Shown here piece by piece: positions 12,421 to 23,200 of a stretch of DNA of 64,000 bases (positions are counted from its first letter, which is position 1; the number at the start of each line of letters is the position of its first letter). The position numbers were made by a program, and so were the translations under genes. The notes beneath the pieces were generated by a model that was given only the letters and a program-made list of their open reading frames with translations, was not told the DNA's origin and did not search any database. Origin of the DNA: Centroscyllium fabricii (taxonomy: Eukaryota). The stretch is taken from contig JBNRSN020000028.1 of NCBI GenBank assembly GCA_051313645.2, forward strand, positions 67,518,001 to 67,582,000. Direction: 5' to 3'.

Positions 12421-13173
12421 GCACCAAGCCACAACTCCAACAAAATGTAAAAAAAAGTCCGAAAGCAATAATCTAGACTTTGCTGAAAGATGTGTGTGTC
12501 CCTTTAAGAAGAGCTGGAAGCGTCTCGGTTGTACTGTGGCACGCACATTCTTCTGTGCGTGGTTTGCAGAGGGCATTAATAAGAGAGGTGGCATCCAAAA
12601 CCACAGATCGTGCATCAATTCAGCCGTTGCACATGAGTAACATTACGATTTGCATCATTTAAATGTGGGCAGCGAGCACAGGCAATGGCAGCACTGCTGA
12701 CCTTCCCAAAATGGCAGCCGCCGCATTCTGCGCCGGAAGTGGTCAGAAGCAAGGCAGCTGCCACTTTTTCAGCAAAACTGATCTTAACGGCCAGGGCTAC
12801 ACCTCCCAATTTCACGGCCAGAGTTCTTAAATAGTGCCAAAAACAGCTGTTCCCGATCATTCATTGTATTTCTCTTTGTGGATGCATTTGCCTGCACAAC
12901 TGTCAATACATTCCAAAGGTAATTCACTCTAAAGCATTTGACTCATTTCAATGACATAAGGCTGCAAGTATTTAGATAGCTTCCTCATGACTCTGTAAGC
13001 CATAAAATAAATTAATTTCCTACTCTTGTCAATGGATAAAGACCATAACCTCATTGCCTGACAATTTATTGGCAAGAGATTTCTAAAGCCAGAAATACAC
13101 CTTACATCAGCCTCAATATCACAATCAGATAAAAGGGATTATAGATTCAGAGTTATCATTCTGCCTTCTGCCA

Positions 13174-13414
13174 GTTTAGTTAAAATTGCAGCTGTCTCCC
13201 TTAATTAATTTGGCTAAAATTGCTTTAAAACAGCATTGGGATAAAATGTGACTTTCTTTGAAGGTGATCCCTTGGCTTCCTTTCTTTTGGAGGCAGGGAG
13301 GCAGGAGAGGAGGACAAGGGATCATCTCGGAAGAGAAACGTGTTCCATCCTCGTGCCGCCTAAATGTAATTATAGCCAATTAGCTGGGGGAGACAGCTGG
13401 AAGTTTAATTAAAC
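13174..13414. repeat. About 240-bp imperfect palindrome (long inverted repeat with a short loop)
   Basis: gtttagttaaaattgcagctgtctccc pairs with gggagacagctggaagtttaattaaac; ttggcta with tagccaa; tgatcccttg with caagggatca. Confidence 0.8.
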
Positions 13415-13570
13415 TTATATAATACCCATTAAAAAGGAACTTGAATTAATAGCAAACTGCCACCCAGTTTAATCCTCAGATTTGTCGAAGACACAACCAA
13501 AGCACATTTGCATCTCTTGCACTCTGCCCATCTCACATTAATTGGCAGCAGAGTTGGGCTACCTAAAATA

Positions 13571-13888
13571 GGGTGGCACGGTGGCATTGTGGTTAGCATT
13601 GTTGCCTCACAGTGCTAGGAGCCCGGGTTCAAATCCGGCCTCGGGTAACTATCTGTGTGGAGTTTGCACATTCTCCCCGTGTCTGCGTGGGTTTCGTCCG
13701 GGTGCTCTGGTTTCCTCCCACAGTCCAAAGATGTGCGGGTTAGGTTGATTGGCCATGATAAATTGACCCTTAGTGTTTGTGAGATTAAATATGTGGGGTT
13801 ACGGGGATAGGATGGGATATGTGTCAGTGCAGGCTCGATGGGTCAAATGGCCTCTATCTGCACTGTAGGGATTCTATGATTCTATGAT
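13571..13888 (+). mobile_element. tRNA-derived SINE (HE1/V-SINE-like), short-tail type
   Basis: A box (TGGCATTGTGG) and B box (GGTTCAAATCC), core tgtgtggagtttgcacattctccccgtgtctgcgtgggttt, tail (ATTCTATG)n. Confidence 0.9.
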
Positions 13889-14100
13889 AAAGGCTAGCTA
13901 GAGAGACAGAATTCAATGTTGTTTATATCTAATTGCACAGATGAGTGTGAGATTGCATTTACACTATAAGTTTAGTATTGGTACAAAGCGAATTTGGATG
14001 TTAAGACCTGACTAAACTCCAGAACAAAGTGGAGCAAGACTGTCCTTCAAGAATCTCACTCATTTTGCTGCACATTCAGGCTGCATTTGCACAATAACAT

Positions 14101-14247
14101 GGCGGCATGGTGGCATAGTGGTTAGCACTGTTGCCTTACAGCACTAGAGACCCGGGTTCAAATCCAGCCTCGGGTACTATCTGTGTGGAGTTTGCACATC
14201 CTCCCTGTGTCTGCGTGTGTTTCCTTCGGGTGCTCCGGTTTCCTTCC
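14101..14247 (+). mobile_element. 5' half of an HE1-like SINE split by LTR element A
   Basis: A/B boxes and core end at ccggtttccttcc. The SINE resumes at 25393. Confidence 0.9.
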
Positions 14248-14523
14248 TGTGATGAACCTTTTGGTGTGGTTCACACTGTATGGTTATTGTATATAGTTCT
14301 GTTTAATGTGTTTGTATATATCTTGTTATATATCGGTTAATGTCTTTACCTTTCTGTAAGGACCTGTACCGGCTGACCCCGCCTCTGGGTGCTAGTATAA
14401 AGGAAAACGCTCCGCCCACTTATCTCTCATTCCAGGCAGACTCATCGGGGACACGGTTCAGTTCCTTGTTAATAAAAGCCTCTTTATTAAGAACTCGCTA
14501 CCATCATAATTTGAGGTATCTCA
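14248..14523 (+). repeat. 5' LTR of element A
   Basis: TGTGATG...ATCTCA. TATAAA at about 14396, AATAAA at 14471. Confidence 0.95.
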
Positions 14524-14547
14524 ATTTTATTAACAAGGATTTTAAAA

Positions 14548-14897
14548 TGAGCCAACAGCAGCAGAATGAAAATCAACAGCCAGCAGCATTGGAGAGTTGG
14601 AAGACAATTCTAAAACCGAAAACTCTCGACCTCAACCCCCAGGCACCGAACGCATCGAATGATTTTGAACACTGGCTAAGCTGTTTCGAGTCGCACCTTG
14701 TCGTGGCCGGAGTTAGCGATGTGCACAAGAGAAGTGTCCTGGTCTCCTGCGTGAGTGCCAGGGTGTATTCCCTAATTAAGAACACCACGGAATACAATGC
14801 AGCGATGGAGCTACTGAAGGCTCGATATCTCCACCCAGTCAACGCGGTCTATGCTCGCCAACTACTCACCACGCGGCGGCAACAGCATGGTGAGTCG
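14548..14897 (+). pseudogene. gag: Element A gag N-part (interrupted by the LINE; continues at 20279)
   Basis: ILKPKTLDLNPQAPNASNDFEHWLSCF...YARQLLTTRRQQHGES aligns with element B gag (MLKPAMFELDPRSPGASNAFTHW...RHILATRKQQPGES). Confidence 0.88.
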
Positions 14898-14899
14898 TA

Positions 14900-16384
14900 G
14901 TGCTTGAAGAGATGCTCCTGCGAGAGAATCACAACAATGTCACCAAGCTGGAACGAGAACTCGCACGGTTCGAAAAGTTGCTCCAGCAAGAGAGTGATAA
15001 TCACAGCAGGGAGATTGCCTCACTCAGGGAGCTGGTGAGAGAACTGCAAAAGGACAAGAACTGTCAGACGGAAGAGAGGGAGAAATACAAGACAGACCTG
15101 ACCTCACTCAGGGAGTATGTGAAAGCGCTGCAGAAGGACGGGAACAGCCTCAAGAAAACAATCGAGGAATTGGCCCAGGAGCAAAAAGCCAAGACCTGTC
15201 AGACGGAAGAGAGGGGGAAATACAAGACAGACCTGACCTCACTCAGGGAGCAGGTGAAAGCGCTGCAGAAGGACGGGAACAGCCTCAAGAAAACAATCGA
15301 GGAATTGGCCCAGGAGCAAAAAGCCAGGGCCCAGCAGCAAGAGGCCAGAGCCAGTCCAGAGCAGAACACCAAGGGGGAGCCACACCCTACCACCGCTCAA
15401 CAGCAACAAACCCACATTACAGAGAGAGTGGCACAGACAAACCAGAACACTGAAAAAGAGACAGCCACCCCCACTTCGGAATCACAATCAAGTCACACAG
15501 CCTCCGCCTCTCATGAGGAGCGCAAACAACAGCCAAAATCCCCCCAGCCCAGCACACACCCGGAAAGACAAAGTGGGAGACATCAGATGGCGAACACCGA
15601 CAAGGCGGACATTGTCCTACTTATAGATTCTAACGGGAAATACCTCAGAGAGGAAAAGCTCTTCCCTAAGTATAAAGTGGCCAAAATCAAGTGCCCAACA
15701 TCAAAAAAAGCCCTGGAATTGCTGTCCACAAGCCTCTTAGGCCACCCCAAACACATTATTATACACACGGGCACAAACGACCTAAGGGCCCAGCAGGAGA
15801 GGTTGGCAGATTCCCTCAAGTCAGTGATCGAGAAAGCAAGCACCACCTTCCCACAAACACAGATCACTGTTTCCACACTGCTGCCGAGAACAGACTTTCA
15901 CCCAGGAACAATACGCACGATAAATCACAGCATATCACGGGTCTGCGCAGCAAAACAAAACGTGTGCGTAGCTCAACATCCCACCCTGGGGGAGGAATGC
16001 CTTTACGATCACGTTCATCTCTACAAGAAGACAATACCTGTCTTTGCCAAGGCCCTGAAGGACGTTGCTTTTAAACGTGTCCACACCCATAATCAAAGAG
16101 AAAAAAGATCCCCAGGCCACCAGAGAACAGCGGGGTACAGTCAAGGACCAACGCGGAGACTACCACCTCTGCTACCAAGACCCGGTGCAACAGAGCACAG
16201 CAATAATGACATGACAACACCAACCCATGCCCCAAGGCTGACAGGACCACCCCTGCAGCAGGAATTCCGACCCAACAGTTGGAGCTATGCCCAGGTAGTG
16301 GGAAATACCGAAGGCAGAGACAACACAATGAAGGAAATTCAGCGGATGCTAAACATCATCTGCTCCCGCCTCCCCACACAGTAA
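14900..16384 (+). CDS. LINE ORF1, N-truncated: coiled coil with a 45-aa tandem duplication + SGNH esterase
   Basis: Open for 494 codons; LIDSNG, HTGTNDL, YDHVHL. 135-bp duplication at 15061-15195 / 15196-15326. Confidence 0.85.
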   Translation: MLEEMLLRENHNNVTKLERELARFEKLLQQESDNHSREIASLRELVRELQKDKNCQTEEREKYKTDLTSLREYVKALQKDGNSLKKTIEELAQEQKAKTCQTEERGKYKTDLTSLREQVKALQKDGNSLKKTIEELAQEQKARAQQQEARASPEQNTKGEPHPTTAQQQQTHITERVAQTNQNTEKETATPTSESQSSHTASASHEERKQQPKSPQPSTHPERQSGRHQMANTDKADIVLLIDSNGKYLREEKLFPKYKVAKIKCPTSKKALELLSTSLLGHPKHIIIHTGTNDLRAQQERLADSLKSVIEKASTTFPQTQITVSTLLPRTDFHPGTIRTINHSISRVCAAKQNVCVAQHPTLGEECLYDHVHLYKKTIPVFAKALKDVAFKRVHTHNQREKRSPGHQRTAGYSQGPTRRLPPLLPRPGATEHSNNDMTTPTHAPRLTGPPLQQEFRPNSWSYAQVVGNTEGRDNTMKEIQRMLNIICSRLPTQ

Positions 16385-16386
16385 AA

Positions 16387-19300
16387 ATGATGATGACTAA
16401 CATGAACATGGATTCAATACGCATCTCAACCTGGAACATCCAAGGCCTACGCTCTTATGCGTTTGGTCTGAAAAGCAGGACCCCAGATTTCTTACAAGAA
16501 ATCAAAGATCTGGACATAATTTTTTTGCAGGAAACCTGGTGTAGAGGAGAAGGGTCCACTGGGTGTCCCCCCGGGTACACAGAGCTGTCAGTGCCCTCCA
16601 ATAAACTGCCAGGAGTAACCCAGGGCAGAGACTCCGGAGGCATGTTGATTTGGCTTAAAGCAGAGATCAGCAAATGCATTGAATTTATAAAAAAGGGCGA
16701 AAATCATATATGGCTCAAGATGAAGAAAGACATAATCTCGAGCAGGCAGGATGTTTTCATCTGCGCAATCTATATCCCCCCTATAGAATCCCCATACTCC
16801 AAAGAGGACACCTTCCCCACTATTGAGAGAGAGATTAACCATTTCCAGGCCCTGGGAAATGTGTTGATCTGTGGGGACCTAAACGCAAGAACTGGTGAAG
16901 AACCAGACTTTATCAGTTCTAGGGGAAATAGTTACATTTTTGGGAATAATCAATTTGATCTCCCTTCCCACTCACACAGGAACAATTATGACAAACAAAC
17001 AAATGCATACGGAAAACAGCTCCTGCAGCTCTGTCGAAGCCTGGGGCTGTACATTGTCAACGGTAGATTCAGAGGGGACTCCCTAGGAAGACCAACCTAC
17101 TCTTCACTTCTTGGCACCAGCACCGTAGACTATATGATTACGGATCTGGATCCATCCTCTTTCAGAGCGTTCACAGTCAAACCGCAAACACCTCTGTCAG
17201 ATCACAGCCAAATTACTGCGTATATCAAAAGAGCGGAAACAACCATCACAGAAACACAGCCCAGTAAGCTGTACAAAATTAAAAAATCATACAGATGGGC
17301 CCAAGACAGCACTGAAAAATACCTAAAAGCAATTAGCAGTCAATCAACTCAATTGCTCCTAGGCACCTTTCTAGAAAACACATACACCCACAATAAAGAA
17401 GGCGTAAACCGGGCAGTGAACAACATTAATAATATTTTTGATAAATTGGCATCAATGTCCGACTTGAAATTCTTTTCCCAGAATAAGCCCAAGACACGAA
17501 ACCACGAGAAATGGTTTGATTCGGACTGTCATAACATGAGGAAAAAACTCAGAAATATATCAAACCAAAAGCATAGACAACCAAAAAATGAGGAACTACG
17601 CCTTGCCTATTGTCAGGCACTAACACAATATAAAAACACACTCAGAACTAAGAAAGAACAGTATATTAAGAAAAAACTTAGTGACATTGAAGAATCTATT
17701 GATTCAAATAGTTTCTGGGACAACTGGAACGCATTACACAAAAAGCAACAAGACGAACTGCCCATTCAAAATGGTGAGATATGGGAAAACCATTTTGTAC
17801 AATTGTACCAGAAACACACACTAAGCCCAGAGCAAGAACAAATATGTAAAAAATTGGAAGAACTCGAACTGATCATAAAGGATTACCAAAACCCCTTAGA
17901 CTCCTTAATCACTGAAAGAGAGCTATCCGAAAAACTTAGGGACCTGCGACCAAGAAAAGCAGGTGGCGCAGATAGCATACTAAACGAGATGCTAAAACAC
18001 ACAGATGATAAAATGAATTGGCAATCCTACAACTCTTCAACTTGGTTCTGAGTGTCGGTTACTTCCCTGAAGTCTGGAACAAAGGACTCATAACACCCAT
18101 ATTTAAAAGTGGAGACAAACTTGACCCAAACAATTACAGAGGCATCTGTGTGAGCAGTAATCTGGGGAAGGTATTCTGTAGTATCATAAACAAAAGACTC
18201 ACAAACTTTCTCACGGAGCACAATGTCCTGAGTAACAGCCAAATTGGATTCCTACCAAATTATAGAACCTCTGACCATATTTTCACCCTGCACACCCTAA
18301 TAGACAAACATGTCCACCAAAATAAAAGCAAAATTTTTGCCTGCTTTATAGATTTCCAAAAGGCTTTCGATTCTATTTGGCACGATGGTCTATTCCTAAA
18401 ACTCATCGAAGGTGGGATAGGGGGAAAAACGTATGATGTGATTAAATCAATGTACACAGGTAACAAATGTGCAGTTAAAATCGGAGATAAACAAACAAAA
18501 TATTTCCCACAGGGGCGTGGCGTGGCACAGGGCTCGTCTATCTCACCAACTCTTTTTAACATTTATATAAATGAACTGGCAAAAACACTGGAACAATCTA
18601 CAGCACCGGGCCTCGACCTACATGACTCCGAGGTTAAATTCCTCCTGTATGCAGATGATCTGGTTCTGCTGTCACCGACAGAAGAGGGTCTACGGCAGAA
18701 CCTTGATCGGTTAGAGTCATTCTGCCAGAATTGGGCATTGAAAATAAACCCCCAAAAAACCAAAGTTCTTGTGTTCCAGCAAAGATCCAGACATCAGGGA
18801 ACCAAAACAAACTTCACACTAGGAGCAACAAAAATTGAACAAACTACAAACTACACATACTTAGGCTTAAAAATCAGTTCCACGGGAAATTTTCACTTGG
18901 CTGTGAACGAACTGAAAGAGAAAGCGAGAAGGGCATTCTATGCCATTAAGAAGTCAATCCAAATAGAAATTCCACCTGGCATTTGGATCAAAATTTTTAA
19001 TTCAGTAATTGAACCAATTGCACTTTATGGCAGCGAGGTGTGGGGTCTGCTAACACACCACGAATTTGCAAAATGGGACAAACACCCAATTGAGACCCTG
19101 CATGCTGAGTTCTGTAAGAGTATCCTTCGGACTCAGAGGAAAACCACAAACAATGCATGCAGGGCAGAGTTAGGCCAATACCCACTACTATTTAAAATCC
19201 AAAAAAGAGCAATCAAATTCTGGAAACATCTAAAATTGAGCAACCCCCACAGTTATCACTACAAAGCCCTGAAATGCCAAGAAGCGAACATAAAAAGAAG

Positions 19301-19919
19301 TCCCCTCAACCAACTAGTCCTAGGACTTAGCGAAGTAACTACTAACACTACTGTTAACAACCAACTTAGCGGAGAAACTACTAACACTACTGGTAACAAC
19401 CAGCCCCTGGACAGTGACGCCCTAGCACTCAGAATCCGACCCAACACAATTATCACTAAACAAAAAGAAAAATACCTGAACTACTGGACAGAAACGACAA
19501 AAACCCAAAACAAACTAGATTGTTATTTGGCCCTAAACAGACAGTACACCATGGCTGATTACCTGTCCATGGTGAAAGATAGCAAACTGAGAAAAACCCT
19601 GACAATGTACAGACTTTGCGAGCACAGCCTAGCAATCGAAAAAGGCAGACACAGAAAGACTTGGCTGCCCAGAGAGGAAAGGCTGTGCTCCCACTGCAGT
19701 CAGGGAGTGGTGGAGACAGAGCTGCACTTCCTCACAACTTGCGAAAATTATCAGGGAATAAGGGGAAATTTCTTCCCAAAATTTGCAACAACATGCCCTG
19801 AATTCAAAAATTTGAACGACCACCAGAAACTCCCTTACCTATTAGGGGAACAGAGGGACTGTGTAAAATTAGCGGCAAACTATGTCACAGCTTGCCATAA
19901 GCAGAGGGACAACCAGTGA
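16387..19919 (+). pseudogene. LINE ORF2 (APE + RT + C-terminal zinc knuckle), single frameshift near 18015
   Basis: TWNIQGL, LQETW, GDLNAR, VDY, SDH; NYRGI, FIDFQKAFD, GVAQG, YADD; RLCSHC...ETELHFLTTC. Confidence 0.93.
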
Positions 19920-20278
19920 CCATTGAAGCTAGGATGAGCATACAAGCTCTATATGCGGGTATATATGTATGTGTGTGCGTAACTATTCATTACGTCTAAT
20001 AATGAACTGTTGTTAATACGTCTACTAATGTATTATTTTATGTCTGTGATATTGTTTGAAACTGCATTTAAGCTATATATCTATTGATGTTACTACGGAT
20101 GCGGTTGTATATATTCTGTTAGTACTGTTGTTATTAAGTCTACTAATGTATTATTTATATGTATGTTACAATGCTCTACTAATGTATTTTTTATGTATGT
20201 TACAATGCTTTGGCAACAAAGGTTGATACCATTCATGCCAATAAAGCTATTTGAATTGAATTGAATTGAATTGAGTCG

Positions 20279-23200
20279 AATGAGGAGTACCTGGAGGCTC
20301 TTCAAGCTCTTGTTCTGCGCTGCGGATGCGCCCCTGTTAACATCCAGGAGCACATGGACCTCCTCGTCCATGATGCCTACATGGCAGGCATCAGCCCGCA
20401 CCCACCAGCTCGAGCAGGATAACTTATCCCTTAATGAGGCGGTGAAACTTTCCAACGCGGTGGATGGGGCCCTTCGGAGCCTAGATTCGTACACGGGGCA
20501 CGGCTCCCACGCAGTTTCCCCTGGGCCTTGGGACTCGTGTTCGATGCCCTCGACGGCGACAGTTGTGGCCACGACGCCATCTAGACAGCCAGCGCCTCCA
20601 AAATGCTTCTTTTGCGGCCAGAAATGCCATCCACGAAGCTCCTGCCCAGCGAAGGTGCCTTCATGCTCCAGATGTGGCAAGAAGGTCAATTTTGCAAAGG
20701 TCTGCCGATCGGCCCCAGAATCAGCCCGGAAAATGGCAGCGCCCTGCGATGCCCACGCCACAGAGTGGCCTCAGGTACCTAGTGCACACCGACAGCGACT
20801 CTCGCAGAAATCGCGGCACACGCAGAACTCACCGAAATCGTGGCCCTCGCAACAATCGCTACAGCGGCCCTCGGAACGATCGCCACCTACCCCACCTCAA
20901 ATGCGGCCTGCCATCATTGTTTCCCGCGCTCCGCCATCTTTGAGGGCGCGGGCACCTTCTTTTCTGGTCGTTTCACGCGCTCCGCCATCATTGGGGGCAC
21001 GGGCACCTTCTTCATCACCGGTTTGGCGCGAATCGCAGGCGCCGTCTTGGTTCCTGGCAGCAGCGGCCCCGTCCCAGCCCAGGGCGCCGCCATCTTTAAT
21101 CAAGTCAAGTCAGATCCTGGCAGCAGCGGCCCAGTCCCAGCCCGGGACACCGCCATCTTTGATCAAGTTAACTCGGGTCCTGGCAGCAGCCCAGTCCCAG
21201 CCCAGGGCGCCGCCATCTTTGATCCAGTCAAGTCTACCGATGCTGGCAGCAGCAACAGGCAGCTCAGGAGCAACTCCACTGATCCTGGCAGCAGCAACAG
21301 GCAACTCCGGGACAATTCAGCATTCTGGCGCTTGTGCGCCACGAGCCCTTCGGTCCTCCCAATGGCTTTCTCAGCGACCCACCCAGCGGTCCTCCCAACG
21401 GCCTAAAATGCCACCGCGGCCCGCCGCGTGCGAATCACGGGCACTGCCATCGTTCGCAAACCTGATAACGCCGGACCCTGCATTGCACAAGGGCCCCAGC
21501 GCGCACCCCACACTTGCCTCTACAGCCCTCAACCAATCTCTACCTCATCCTCTCATGTCATCGATGATGCCCATCCGTGTAGAGGGGCACCTCACTCGAT
21601 ATCTGTTCGACACTGGGAGTTTGGAGAGCTTCATACACCTTGATATGGTGCGCCGTTATTCCCTCAGAGTTAGGCCCACATATCGTAAAATCTCCCTCGC
21701 CTCCGAGTCCCAGAGTGTGGACATCATCGGCTGCTGTACAGTCACCATTACCGTGAAGGGGTCGACTTACCGCGACATTCAACTGTACGTCCTCCCACAG
21801 CTCTGCGCCCCTGTGTTGCTTGGCCTGGACTTCCACTGCAACCTGCAGAGCGTGACGATGGCATACAGCGGTCCCCTGCCTCCTCTCACGGTCAGCTGCA
21901 GCGACTGCCCTGCCTCACAACCACACTCCTCTTGCAGTCTGTCTACCTTGAAGATAGACGCCCCTCGCTGTTCACCAACCTTGACCATGACTGCAAGCCC
22001 ATTGCAACCAAGAGTCGTCGATACAGCGCGGGGGACCGGACCTTCATCTAGGCAGAGGTTGCTCGGTTGTTGCAGGAGGGCATCATTGAGGCCAGTAACA
22101 GCCCGTGGCGGGTCCAGGTGTTGGTGGTTAAGTCTGGCGACAAACAGTGCATGGTCATCGACTATAGCCAGACTATTAACCGCTACACTGGGCTCGACGC
22201 TTATCCGCTTCTTAGAATCAATGACATGGTCAATCAGATTGCCCAGTATAAGGTCTTCTCCACCATCGACCTTAAGTCGGCCTATCAGCAGCTCCCCATC
22301 AGAGCTGAGGACCGTAAATACACTGCCTTCGAGGCAAATGGGCGCCTTTTTCACATCCTCCGGGTCCCTTTTGGGGTTACCAACAGAGTTTCGGTTTTCC
22401 AACGAGAGATGGACCGAATGGCGGACCAGTATGATTTGCAGGCCACATTCCCGTATTTGTACAATGTCACGATCTGCGCCATGACCAGCAAGATCATGAT
22501 GCCAATTTGGACAGGTTTCTCCATACTGCCCAGTGTCTGAACCTCACTTACAATGAGGATAAGTGCGTTTTCAACACTAACCGGTTGGCTATCCTCGGCT
22601 ACGTGGTTGAGAACGGGGTCCTCGGCCCTGATACCGAACGTATGCGCCCCCTTTAGGAGCTGCCCCTACCGCACTCCCCCAAAGCTTTGAGGAGATGTGA
22701 AGCGCGAATAACTGCTAGCGGAGGCCGTCTTATAAAAGCAATTAAAGGCTTTTATTATATCTTAGAACTAGACGTGGTCCAACTGAGCTCGGTACGAATC
22801 TGGCCCTCAGGTGGCGAACCAGAGGTTATAAGCCTGTCCAGAGGGGAGGAGCTGAGGGCGAAGTCCGTTGGGCCACGTGATCACATTACCTGGGGTGAGT
22901 CACACATAACATATTTACATACAGTCTCAGGCAAAGTGAGTCACCCCTATTATACTCAACACAATGAGTGATAAATGTACAGATTATGGTTCCCTATTAT
23001 AAACAACACGATGAGTGATAAATGCACAGATTATAGTTTATCACAAGATGCCTGGGGTTTTTCTCTTACAATGCACAATGGGTTCCCCATTATGCTGATA
23101 AGGCCCGGCCTCTCCTCAGGGCGACCTCCTTCCCACTCCCGTTAGAGGCCCAAATTGCTTTCTCTCACAACAAGCAAGACATCATCAAGGCTACCATGCA

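Larger units (their letters stand above)
14898..20271 (+). mobile_element. 5'-truncated LINE with esterase ORF1 and C-terminal CCHC ORF2 (RTEX-like)
   Basis: TSD TGAGTCG (14891-14897 / 20272-20278); AATAAA followed by a (TTGAA)n tail. The clade is inferred from domain architecture and tail. Confidence 0.88.

Noticed and set aside
13571-13650. tRNA-like A/B boxes (also at 14101, 29210-29284 and 57171)
   Set aside because: These are SINE heads followed by a SINE core and LINE tail, not tRNA genes.
14340-16384. Apparent abutting ORFs 14340-14900 and 14900-16384 as a two-gene unit or gag-esterase fusion
   Set aside because: The junction is the LINE insertion site (TSD TGAGTCG), so the two ORFs belong to different elements.
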